DNA from: the human T2T-CHM13v2.0 reference genome, Homo sapiens
Direction: 5' to 3' (one strand)
Length of the DNA: 64,000 nt
NCBI RefSeq assembly: GCF_009914755.1
Contig: NC_060934.1
Positions 14,549 to 27,612 of the stretch are shown piece after piece. How positions within the stretch are numbered: position 1 is the stretch's first letter; every line of letters begins with the position of its first letter. The notes beneath the pieces were generated by a model that saw nothing but the letters and a program-made list of their open reading frames with translations, did no database searches and was not told where the DNA came from. The translations under genes and the position numbers were made by a program.

Positions 14549-15249
14549 AGAAATAGAATGGCTGTATCAAAAAGATATGCAAAATTGTCTTCTTGTTCAT
14601 TTGTTAAAATAGAGCATCTTTTTGAGAATGCAATTTTTTTTAAATCTGCAAGTTCCTAACATTTGCATCCTTAGTCTGTGTTAGGAATTGTGTACAGTGT
14701 TTCACATGCCTGGATCTCACTTCATCCTCCCAGCAACCTATTATGATCCATTGCCACACCAACTTGCTGATGAGGAAAGTGGGGCTTAAGGAAATTAAAG
14801 AGCTGTTGTGGGACTTCCAAAGCAGAAGACAGTAGGCTTTCAGAAATTTGATAAAAATAGCACTTTGCATTTCTTGAATCTTGAGCTAAATGGAAATTAA
14901 TACTAAACATTCTCCACTGGTAAAATAGAGAATAAGGATATTAACAGTAAAAGAAAAGAAGAAGAAAAGGAAATGTGCTTCCACAGATTTAGAAACATAA
15001 GTAACAATCTAAGTTAAGGCTTTGGCGATTAGATCTTCATGTTGGAAGATATGCTGGATGGCTCAGTGATTTGCTGTGCAATTACAAACCCGAGACAATT
15101 TGTAATACAAAGAGCTTTTCATGAGATCTTACATTTTTTTATGAATATATTTTCGTTTACCATGATTAGTCTCCTAACTGGTTAAATTGCTTCCAGAGAG
15201 TCAAAATTTGACTCTATGTAAAGTGACATCAGAAAGTCTCTAATTTCTG

Positions 15250-15491
15250 GGCCGGGCGCGGTGGCTCACGCCTATAATCCCAGCACTTTGAGAGGCCAGG
15301 GTAGGCAGATCACTTGAGGCCCGGAGTTCGATACCAGCCTGGCCAGCATGGCAAAACCCTATCTCTACTAAAAATACAAAAATTAGCCAGGCAGAGGTTA
15401 CAGTGAGCTGAGATCATGCCACTGCACTCCAGCCTGGGTGACAGAGTGAAACTGTCTCAAATTTAATTAAAAAAAAAAAAAAAAGAAGAAA
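15250..15491 (+). mobile_element. Alu (S-like) with an internal deletion in the right monomer
   Basis: aattagccaggc is joined directly to agaggttacagtgagc. Confidence 0.9.
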
Positions 15492-16077
15492 AGAAAATCT
15501 TTAATTTGTGAACAAAAGTGGAACTTTGGGTGAGTGCTTAAATTTTAGCAGCCTCCAGAGTTTCCTGATGTTGCTCCCTAGAGATCAACAATTCACTTTT
15601 TCCCTCCTTTACTGATACTTTTCTTTGTGCCTTGTTATAGAATTATATTTATTATAGAAAACCCTGAAATAGACATAGCAAAAGAAATAAAATAAATATC
15701 GCTTGTCATTCAGACCGTTTGAAGTACTGTACGTGTGTCATTCATTTCTGGTTCTCTCCACTACATTTGCTCATTGTGTGGTTACCCAATATTTATTATT
15801 CTTGAGCAATTCTTCTCAGACTCATCAGCATTAGGAAAGAAACTCTGAACCCCTTTCCCTTCCTGCCACATTTAGCCTTTCAAAGAGATCTCAAGTGCCA
15901 TTTAGTACAACAACAATGTCTGAAGTTTCTTTTTGCCATTTTCTTATGATAGCTGATGAATTTATTAGGAGTCTCTGAAATAATAAATGCTCTTCTGTTT
16001 AATTTTTACAGTATTATTATTTTTGCCATTCCTTGAGGTAGTTGAGTCTTCCTGTTTTCTCAGTAACATTCCTTTAG

Positions 16078-16402
16078 TTTTTTGTGGGTTTTTTTTTGTT
16101 TTTTTTTTTTTTTGAAACAGGGTCTTACTCTGTTGACCGAGCTGGAGTGCAGCGTGCAGTGGCACAATCTCAGTTCACTGCACCCTCCACCTCCTGGGCT
16201 CAAGCAGTCCTCCCACCTTAGCCTCCCAAGTAGCTGAGACTTCAGGCGTGTGCCACTATGCCCAGCTAATTTTTGTATTTTTTGTAGAGATGGAGTCTCA
16301 TTGTGTTGCCCAAGCTGGTTTTGCACACCTGACCTCAAGCACTCAGCCCAACTTAGCCTCCCAAAATGCTAGGATTACAGGCATGGGCCACTGCACCAGG
16401 CC
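16078..16402 (-). mobile_element. Alu (J-like)
   Basis: Antisense Alu. Confidence 0.9.
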
Positions 16403-16465
16403 CATTCTTTTAATCTTGATCTAACCTCTTTATATGTGATAAACTACTGATTATCATTAGCATAG

Positions 16466-16810
<345 letters not shown>

Positions 16811-17284
16811 ACCCGCTCTTATTTTTTAAGAACAATTTTCTATGGTATAGTCAAAGCCGTAAATCAAGCTTGTAAATGCTCCACGTTGATTTAGCAGGTA
16901 TATGTGAGAGGCCTAATAAAATCCAGTTTTCTTTTTTATTGCTCTTATTGTTGGGCTCAAAACTTTCCACACAGATGGAACCTACTGAGAAGCGAAAAAA
17001 GGTTCTCAGTGAGGTTCATTTTGTAATCCTGAGAAAACTTATGTGTGATTATAGGATCCTGAGGCCTAAAGTTCGTGAGCTTATTCCATTGCATCTTCTG
17101 AGAAGGGCTTCCTACGTCTCCAGCATCCCGGGGCCTTCCCTGCTCTGATGGTGGGAGATTCTTCCAGCTTCTAGGTTTCCGTGACCTCAGTTAGCAAAGG
17201 CAGGAAAAGATGTAACAGGTAGACTAGGGGTTTGCTCCACAGTTCGGAGGCTTTGAGCAATTGTGTGTTTCTCTTGCCTGCCTG

Positions 17285-17636
17285 CCTTCCTTCCTTTCTT
17301 TCTTTCTTTTTTCTTCCTTTCTTTTTTTTTTGTTTTGTTTTGACAGTGTTTCTCTCTGTTGCCCAAGCTGGAGTACGTTGGTGTGATCATAGCTCACTGT
17401 ACTCACTGCACCCTCGACCTCCTGAGGTCAAGCAGTCCTCCCCCCTCAGCCCCCTCGGTAGCTAGGACTACAGGCACTTGTCACCGCACCAAGCTAAATT
17501 TTTTCTTTCATCTCTTGTGGTAATGGGAGTCTCCCTATGTTGGCCAGGCTGGTCTTGAACTCCTGGCCTCAAGCGATCCTCCTGTCTCAGCCTCCCAAAG
17601 TGCTGGGGTTACAGGAGTGAGCCACCTCACCCATCC
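17285..17636 (-). mobile_element. Alu (J-like) with a microsatellite-degenerated tail
   Basis: Antisense Alu preceded by (CCTT/TTTC)n. Confidence 0.9.
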
Positions 17637-18694
17637 TCCCCTACTTTCTTGACTTTCAGATGATATTTGTCTAAAGCAATGGCTGTAGCGACTTTCCTTG
17701 CCCCCGTTTCTCCATATTTCATTTTCTTTGTTGTAAGTTCCTCTGATGAGGGTCACCTAGCAGAGAGTGGTTGAGGTCTCTTTGTCCCTCCTGGCAGACT
17801 CACTGGGACTCCGGTCTCTTCCATTACCACTTTCCATTCCTGGTCCTCTCTGAAGGGCTGTGGTTGTCCTGGTTCTCCTCCCGCAGCCGGTGTTACTTAT
17901 CATCGCTCTGTGATTTTCTGTGCTTTTTTTTTTTCCCCCTTTTCCCTGTCCATAGCAGCTCTTCAAATCTATCATCCTGTTTTTATCTTACACTTTTATT
18001 TACCATGCATCTGCAGGGCTTTATTATTTGTGGTCTACTTCAGGGTATTTCTTTCACAGTTGATGAAGCCTGTAAACTTCAGAGCAGAGAATCAGAGGGC
18101 CCTAAGCAACCCTCACCTTTCTGGTGAGAATATATTCACCTAGAAAAGGGCTTTTATGAGGTCACTTTAGCTAATTGTTTTTCTAATAGTGTCACTCCCT
18201 TTTTCTCTTCAAGGTCTCTTCAAGTTCTTTTATTTATTTATTTATTTTTTTAACCCCTATGTGCATCTTGGGTAGAATATTTTAGTACAGTTTTTGTCTG
18301 GAGACCTGTTGTTTGGCTTTTTGGCTTTCGAGTGTAGCCATCTGTGTTCAAGTGTTCTTTTTCTTCTAGTGGAAATTTGTGTCTGATGTGTGGGACTAAG
18401 TTCTAAGTAATATACACACATATATATAATCTATACACAATGGTGATATGGATCATGGATATTGTATAATTCAATCATGACGGTACTTAGAGGCTCCTAT
18501 ATGTTACTAGTCCTTATGGATATGTGTATATGCGTGTGCAGTAAGATATGCAGCTATGGCACCCCACTGGCAGATATTGGGCACAAGAGGAAGTCACTCT
18601 TCTTGCATGAGGATTATAGAAATTTTCATTTTTTAAGTCACAAAAAAATATTTCACTGCCATGTTTTTTTAAAAAGTTAAGTTGCTCAAAAATG

Positions 18695-19024
<330 letters not shown>

Positions 19025-19650
19025 TTAAAATATTTAAATGCTTGCACAGTAAGCATTGTAAACCAAAGGCACACTCCAGGGTCCACCAGGTTCAAATATT
19101 AGAATTTGTGCCCTGAATTACAGTGTGGATCTTCTGTTCCTGCATGTATTCACCTTGGGTGTGCCCTCCTGCATGGCAAAGCATGGGCAGAGAGCACTGC
19201 ACTCACAGGCCTGCTTTCGTGGAGCAATCTAGTGGCCAGTGAGCCCGGGGCCAGTGACAATCAAGATGGCAGCCTCAGACTGCATTCTGGCTAAGAAAGC
19301 TATTTCATTTGGGTTGGGCAGGCTCTAGTAAGTTCCCTGCAGCTCTGGGACAACCTCAGGGATGGTGGATTAATATGACACATTCTCCAATGATACAAGG
19401 TGAATTCAGAAGCGCCTATGGCAGGGTATTTTGGGGCAAACCCATTGCTAGTTAAGGCTTCAACATGTCTTTCTAAAATATAAGGATGGAACTGTCATCA
19501 TTTTTCTTTCTTTTCGGGGAAGAGGAGTTAACCGTGCTACATTTTCATCATGAATAAATAGGTGGTCCATTTGGTCAACCTATTCTTTTTCTCTTCATGT
19601 TTTCACCCCTTTTCTTTCCTATTTTTTTCTTGTTTTCTCCTGGTCCACAG

Positions 19651-19731
19651 GCTTTGAAGGGCATGCTGATCTCTCTTCAGGCAGAACTTGACATTCAAAG
19701 GTACTTGATGAAAATTGAATCGTCTCAGCGA
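19651..19731 (+). CDS. KIAA1217: Candidate in-frame cassette exon of KIAA1217 (81 nt; 51 nt if the internal acceptor at 19681 is used)
   Basis: Long pyrimidine tract then ccacag|, donor CGA|gttagt. Open frame ALKGMLISLQAELDIQRYLMKIESSQR; phase 0-0 matches the phase-0 start of the 33395 exon. Confidence 0.55.
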
Positions 19732-20239
19732 GTTAGTACTCTACCTGTTCTTTTTCTGCATCGAGTTGCACCCTCATCCTGCACCTTTCCCTCACCTGCA
19801 AGTGCCATTCTAATCAGTGTCAGCCACTAACGCCTGCACTTTTCGCTGTTTACCCCAATCCCTGATTCAAAACTATCAGAGCCAAGTGCTTGTAGCATTC
19901 TGAAATATGTGCATTTCTAAAAATTATGAGAGTCAGTATTAAAATGAACACTAATTGCATGCTTGCTTCGAAATATTTAATTTGCTTTCCACAGATTGGA
20001 TTGTGGAATCAGCAGTAATGCAACCACAAGCTGGAGATCTTTGAATAATTGTTTGAAAAGTGGGCATCTCTAAGCAGAGATCCTATCCTTGCCAGCTTGC
20101 TCCAGCAGAATACTCATGGCAGTAAAACAGAAGCCTGAATCATTCTGACAATCCCAAAGCTATGTCATTCTGCTTTGCTCAGTTCCAATGTGTCCAATGT
20201 TGGGTCCAGATCATTTTACTTATATACATTTTAATAATG

Positions 20240-20460
20240 ATCATAATGGAAATAAACACATTTCTTTAGAACTTATATACACCAGGCACTGTTCTAAGTG
20301 CCTTACAAGTATTAACTTCTCACAGCAACCCTGTGGGGGAGGTATACTATGATCCCCATTTTACAAATGAGGTGATTGAGGCACAGAGAAGTTAAGTAAC
20401 TTGCCCAAGGTCACACAGCTAGGTAATGGTTGTGCTTAGGAAATGTTCGGCCATCTGGCT
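20240..20460 (-). mobile_element. MIR
   Basis: Core ccccattttacaaatgag...gaggcacagagaagttaagtaacttgcccaaggtcacacagct. Confidence 0.85.
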
Positions 20461-21708
20461 TTGTACAAAAGTGACCTCCTTCCCATTGGTCAGTCTTCAG
20501 TGACCATGCTTATCTCTTTACCTTCCCCTTCTTAATAATCAGTCTCATTGATCTCTTTTTAGGGTAACAAGCTCAATTTAGAAAGTTCCTGCCCAGACAA
20601 ATAAACATTAAAGTTCAAGTTTAGACACTAAAGAGAATTTTCATGTCACACATCATCCCAATTCTGATGAGTGTTTATCCTTAATTTTATTCTTAATCAT
20701 TTTCACATTCCTAAAATTCATGCAAAATAGAGGCATCTTTATTATTTCCGTGCGCATGTATTGTGCACTAAGTTAAAATGCAGAAAGGGAAAAGAAGGGC
20801 ATAGTGAGCTCTTCCCTACAACTTCACACCCTGCCATTAACCTTTATTCCTACTTTCAGAATAGAGATTTGACATTGCCCAGTGGGATTTTCCCATCATA
20901 AGTAGTACTGAGTTTGGGATTCCCTCCCGCTATTCTTTTTTTCTTCTGCTTGAAACAAATAAATCTTCAGTACTGACTTTCCTTTTCTTTCTTTTTTTTT
21001 CCATATCAGCAAATAATTGGATATCTGAAATTTTTCTTGAAGTGCTTTTTTGGCATTTACAAGCATTTTAAATTATAATGCTGTTTTTCAGAGATGGAAT
21101 AGGATGAAGGTTAAGGTTGGAAATCGAAGGTGATCTTCCCCCTTTAGTGAATGAGTAACTCTCAGATCCTCTCCAGATGTCAAATTCTGTTTTGAAATTG
21201 GATGTAACTATTTACCTATCTCACAAGACCAAGATGAAGGCATGGTGGATCCATTAAAGGTTTGTTTGTACCCTTCTCCTCTCACATAGGATCCCAGAAG
21301 CTACGGGACTTCCCAAGAACAGTAGGAAGCTGAGCCATCTAGAATCACCCTACTGAGAGTAACACCAGCTTACTACCTAAGGAAAGCTAAATGGTTGGCA
21401 TCTTTTATAATTTACCAATTGCTGTCCCATGCAACATTTTTCCAATTACTTCTCACTTTATCAAGTAGATATTCTGATTATTTTATAAAAGTGAGAACCG
21501 AGGTTCAGAAAGGTTTCATATGGAGTTGCACCGTGAGTTCATGGCAGGATTGGAGTCTGCTTTTCATAAAATAACCTGATAAAAACAGTAAGTTCTCTCA
21601 TTATAAATTTTGTCTTCTGTCCATCTCTTCAAACACTGGTATACTTTCCTAGAGCAGGACTAGAGGAAAATCAGAATCTTTGGTGCAGAAAGCTAGTTAG
21701 AACTTTCA

Positions 21709-21711
<3 letters not shown>

Positions 21712-21746
<35 letters not shown>
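21712..21746. repeat. (TG)n microsatellite
   Basis: Direct observation. Confidence 0.95.
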
Positions 21747-21751
<5 letters not shown>

Positions 21752-22511
21752 TTTGAAAATCATTCCAGTGAAATTGGGCAGGTGGTAGTGGTGGTTGTTT
21801 TGGACTGGCGGGAGGGGGAATGTGTTTGAAATTAACAGTGAACGCTATTCCCAGGATGTATGGGGAGGGTCTGGCCATAAGCTCTGAGCCTTGGTGACCC
21901 CAGGAACCCACAAGAGTCCCTCTTGCCCAGTTCCCTGTGGCCTTCTCCACTGTGGGGTGATGAGGACATCATAAGCTCTCCCATGGCACAGCCCATACCC
22001 TCACTGAGGGTGAGGGCCTTTGCTAGCAAGGAAAGCCTCTTTGGTTTGGCAACAATGCAATTAAGTTTTAGGGGTACGATTCCGTGGCTTGGGATCCCAC
22101 ATCCTCTCCATAAAGCACTGAAGCCTAGGTTGCAGAGATGAGCTTAAAAATGGCTTTTGTTAAGAAGGCCTTCTAAGATGTGTACTTAGCACCATGTTTT
22201 GCTGGTTGTATTTTACTTGAGACTTCAAAGGCTACAAGCAGGTTTCTTTCCTTTTATCAGTATAATAACAGCAATCCTCACACAGACACCTTTTATCCTA
22301 TAGCCTTTTAAAGTGCATTCCTGACTTTCTGAATTACAAAAGCATCTGCAGTCTTGCTCAGACCTCAACCAATGAGGATTTTGGCAGCCAAAGCCTGTTC
22401 AACATTTTACTTGTTGATAAGGCATTACTTTTCTTGTTTCAGAAAGAAAGGAGAGAAAGAATAAATTAATTGTTGTATTCAAGGCAACTTGCAATAAAAA
22501 GACATCTACCT

Positions 22512-22951
<440 letters not shown>

Positions 22952-23110
22952 TTACATATGACAAGGTAATACTTATTAATCCTTCAGGAAGCAAAATCAT
23001 ATTCTTTGTTTCAAATTGTGAAAGAAACATTGTTCGTGCCTTTATAAAAGGTACACTGATCAGCATAGTAGGCAGGACCAACAAGTAAACAGCAGTATTC
23101 TTCATGTGGC

Positions 23111-23406
23111 TTTTGTTTTTTTAGAGACAGGATCTTGCTGTGTGACCCAGGCTGGAGTACAGTGGCATGATCACTGCATAGCTCACTGCAGCCTTGAACT
23201 GCCAGGTTCAAGGGATCCTCCCACCTCAGCCTCACGAGTAGCTGGGACTACAGGTGTGCACCACGACTCCTGGCTAATTTTCATGTTGGTTTTTTGTAGA
23301 GATGGGACGTTGCCGAGGTTGGTCTCAAACTCCTGGCTTCATTTATCCTCCTGCCTCAGCCTCTCAAAGTGCTGCAATTATAGGTGTAAGCCACCACACC
23401 TAGTCC
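23111..23406 (-). mobile_element. Alu (J-like)
   Basis: Antisense Alu. Confidence 0.9.
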
Positions 23407-24449
23407 AGGCTTTTAATTTTGTATCGGCAAAACGAAAAGAAGAAAACACATCACTGAATAAAAATTGCATGAACGTATTTCTGAAAGGGGTGAAAGTCTG
23501 AGTTAATGAGATCCAGACTTGGAACTTACCGATGATCTAATTTTCTAACTTGGTAGAAGGATGCTAAATGGAGATCATAGTTGAGCTAGGCTTTATTTTC
23601 TTTAAATAGCTTTTGTCTCATTCTGGCTTTGGGGAGGAGTCAGAGAGCAGTCAATCTGAGGTGGTATTTCAGTAGAGTTTATGTCATGTTACAGGTAGGC
23701 CACAAGGCAGACAGGTGGCAGGTTGATGTCTAATCCTGGAGTTGAAAAGGCCACCCTGCCTTCTGATCTGATAAGAACCCCTGTCTCCTCTGCAAGGCAA
23801 CAGATTTAGCAGCTCCTCTAGGTGGAACCAAACCTCTTCAAGGGAAAAAAAAGAATACTGTATCATCTACAAACTATGAAGGGTTGAAAGGTGGAAAATA
23901 TCTCTGGGATCATAGAAAATTGCTAAAATTCCAAATTTACCTAGAATCAAATTTTAAGAGCCTTTAAATTAAATTACTATAATGGTATCAGAACTACAGA
24001 TGTGGAAGTCTGTCTCTTTAAAAGGTGGAATGCAATCTGCATGTCTGAAATTGATTTGATGGCCTTGGCGCTTTTCTTAACTGTATCGTTTTGTAGAATT
24101 GGAAGTTTTGTAAGAACTGGATTCTTGCCAAATATTGCATGGCATGAAAATGAAAACGTGTTTCCCTTCCCATGTTTTCCCCATGCATTTGTGTTGTCAT
24201 TTCAGGGGCCATCTCTAATGACAAGTTCTTAAACCTAGAATCCAATCATACAGAATACACAAGAGAAGACAGGAATTGGGCATGAATACATTCAGGTCAC
24301 CATAGACAGGAATCCTTCTGGATTCTAAATGTTTTATGGGAAAGTTCCCTTCCTCTGATCTATTCTTTAAAAATATCATGCCTATTTAGTAATTCTCTGA
24401 TTTGTAAAAACAACATATTCTTATTTTGGAGAAATAAAGAAAGTGTGTC

Positions 24450-25195
24450 ACTCTTATCCTAAGCAATCTAATGCAGAACAGAAAACCCAATGCAGCATGT
24501 TCTTACTTAATAAGTGAGAGCTAAACATTGGGTACACATGGGTATAAAGATGGCAATAATAGACACTGGGGACTCCTGGAGTGGGGAGGCAGGAGGAGAG
24601 CAAGGGTTGAAAACCCATTGAATACTACGCTTGTTACAAAAACACCGGGGGTTTGGTCGAGGTTCTGCTGCTCACCAAACAGAAAACCAATCACTGAGAC
24701 AAGTATTGCCAAGGAAGAAGGCTTTGATCGGGTGCTGCAGCCAAGGAGACAGAAGCTCAGTCTCAACTCCATCTCCTTGACTGACTAGAACTAGGGGTTT
24801 ATATAGCAGGAAAGAAACGTTAAGAACACATAAGAAAACAACAACTGAGAAGGCGCAAGGAAACAATCATGATGAATGAGGGGTGTGGCATCTGGTGTGG
24901 TGATCTGGTGCGTTTCAGTTCTTTGATACTTTTTTGAGAGTCCTAAAGGTGTTTCCTGAGGAAGGAACTCAGATAAAACAAATACTGGTTTCCAGCTTTG
25001 AGACCAGAACAATTTCTTGTTCAGTTTATCAAAAAAAATAATCTATGGGACTGTTGGGTCAGTTTCATGCTCACTGCCTGGGTGACGGGATCAATTGTAC
25101 CCCAGACCTCAGCATTTTGCAATATACCCATGTAACAAACCTGCACGCCAAAATAAATCTAAATCTAAAATAAAAGGTGAAATTATTTAAAAAGA
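24450..25195 (+). mobile_element. L1 3'-UTR fragment (L1PB/L1MA-like) interrupted by a solo LTR
   Basis: L1 3' sequence (agctaaacattgggtacacatg...) resumes after the LTR as tgctcactgcctgggtgacgggatc...catgtaacaaacctgcac. Confidence 0.8.
24632..25067 (-). mobile_element. Solo ERV LTR, about 436 bp (family tentative, LTR47-like)
   Basis: TG...CA ends; 4-bp TSD CGCT / TGCT. Confidence 0.75.
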
Positions 25196-27321
25196 ATGTT
25201 ACCCGTAATCCCACCATCAAAAGAAAACTAATGCTCGCATTTGGCTCTATTGTGTCCAATTACTAAATTATACCCCAAAATTCCATTAAAACACCTTTAT
25301 TATGATTGTGTAGTACTCTAGAGTACACAGACATTGTAATTTGTTAACCAGCCCTCCAAATTGTTTCAAGATTTACTTATTCTATTAAAGATGTAATATG
25401 TACAGATTTGCTTCCTGACACTCCAGTACAAGAACTACCACTTTTCTTAATTTTCCCAAATCAAACCAATCTATCCTGGCTTCAGCAATTATTGAGAAAT
25501 TCATCCTCATCATATTAAGGGGAAGCATTTTCCCCTCACTTGGAGTCATAAGGAAATCTTGAGGAGCTTGTCCAATCCAATAAAACCAGGCCAGGGCCTC
25601 TGAGTCTCCTGGGACTTATAGTGAATTGCTTTCTGTGCAGCCTGTTTGCATCCAGGTTTATGGGGACCTTTGCCAAGTATCCTAAGTGTGAGCACCTGGT
25701 TCCACCCACTCTAAGCATGTCACACATCCATCTTCCCAGTTGTGGGTCACTTCTTGCAAATGGAATACAGGTCTTCCCAATTTGAAGAGCACCATCGCCA
25801 CCACTGACACCAAAACTGCCACCCTCTTCTTGGCTCTGGGAAGTCATCCACTCCCCTCTTCCTGCGCAATTAGGAACTTCCTCCTTTCCCCTTCTGGAGG
25901 TAAGTCCAGACGTCTTTTCCAGATACCTTTACCTTCTAACCCCAATTTAGGGAGAGAGTCTTCAGAGTGGCCTCTGTAGCATGGGGATACCATTAACAAC
26001 CCTTCCCTGTGGGAAGACCTTGGAACTTAAAGGCTTGGAAGTTTCCCAGGAGGTGATGGCTAGCAATAGAAGTTCCATAAATTTTTTGTTGTTTCTGACA
26101 ACCACAAGGACAAGGTAAATTAACAATACCTCAGAAGATGAATCTGACACACAGATAATACTCTATGGAGAGTATTTGCATAGTGTGGTGCTTCTTTAAA
26201 CAATGAGGAAGAGCCCTTTTCTGCACAGAGGTGTCCTTGTCATTTGTTTGTTTGCAGCTGTAGGAAGGCAGGGGGCTTTGCATGGTGACAATGGGTTGGC
26301 AGAGGGGTCCTGCCTGGCTCACTTCGCTCCACACAGAGGATGCCTCAGTGCAGGGATGACTGTGGCTGGCTCCATATGAGCTGCCCGTGGGCAGCGGGTA
26401 ATGGGTATCACTGCCCTTTCATCTTTCCAATCTGATAATGAAATAATACACACAGAGAAGGAAAATGTGGAAACAAAAGATGCAGTTGTACTTTGCCCAA
26501 CTGCTGAATCGTCTGATTTCCATCCAGAACAAATGCCATTCTGTTTTCACAGGTGAAAATCATGAATAACGTCTGGGTACTCTTTGGATGGAAAAGGGAG
26601 AAAAGTGTTGAAATATTAGCGTTGAAGAAACAGGATATAAACTGAGTGTATCAAGGATATTTCATCAAAATAAATCCTAGAGAAAATGCTTCCCCTTTAT
26701 CTAAGTCAGGGAAGAGAAATACTAATTATCAGACCTCAACTTAAGCTAGGAGAAACGTGAGAATCTCAGATATGCACCGTTGGAAGTTGGCATTAAAATG
26801 TGGTTAGTGAATATAGATCTATCTTATTGTAAGGCCCAGAAGTTCCTGGTTACTAGTCATCCTGGCAAGTATCCACAAACTGCTCACATCCAGCATCCAG
26901 ATGTCCACTAAACACTCGATTTTGTGTGTGTGTATATTGTACTGTAGATTAACAGCAGGACCCTCTAGCGCCTGCACCCAAGGTTTCTATTAAAAACAAA
27001 AGCTGCTGATTTATTCTCCTCTACCACCATTTCTCTGAGTCTTTAATGCCAGACCCACCCCAAAATTGCAAGATCATAATAAAACTAACTACAGTTCTCT
27101 TCTCCATTTGTGTTGCAGTTCTCACATCCACCCGTTGTATTTTAGAATCATGGGTGTCTCAGTCTATTACCCAGAGTGATCATAGTTGCAAGAATGGCAC
27201 TGGGGAGATATCATTCAGATTTTGCTTTTCTGTCCATAAGCCACAGAAGCCGTGGGAAGTTGCCAAGAAGACATGCATAGCTAAGCCTTGCTGTTCTTTT
27301 TTTAAATTTTGTATTCTTCTG

Positions 27322-27612
27322 TTATTTTTTAGAGATGGGAGTCTTGTTCTTTCTCCCAGGCTGATGTGCAGTGGTGTCACCCTAGCTCACTGCAGCTTCA
27401 ACCTCGGGCTCAAGCCATCCTCCTGCCTCAGCCTCCCCAGTGGCTGGAACTACACGTGTGCAGCACCACACCTGGCTAATTTTTTAATTTTTTGTAGAGA
27501 CAGAGTCTCAACTAGGTTGCCCATGCTGGTCTTGAACTCCTGGGCTCAAGCAATCCACCTGCCTAGGCCTCCCAAAGTTCTGGGATTACAGGTGTGAGCC
27601 ACTGTACCTGAC
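27322..27612 (-). mobile_element. Alu (J-like)
   Basis: Antisense Alu. Confidence 0.9.

Noticed and set aside
21290-21325. Acceptor ctcctctcacatag| as another small exon
   Set aside because: No convincing in-frame donor; phase 0 reaches TAG after 11 codons.
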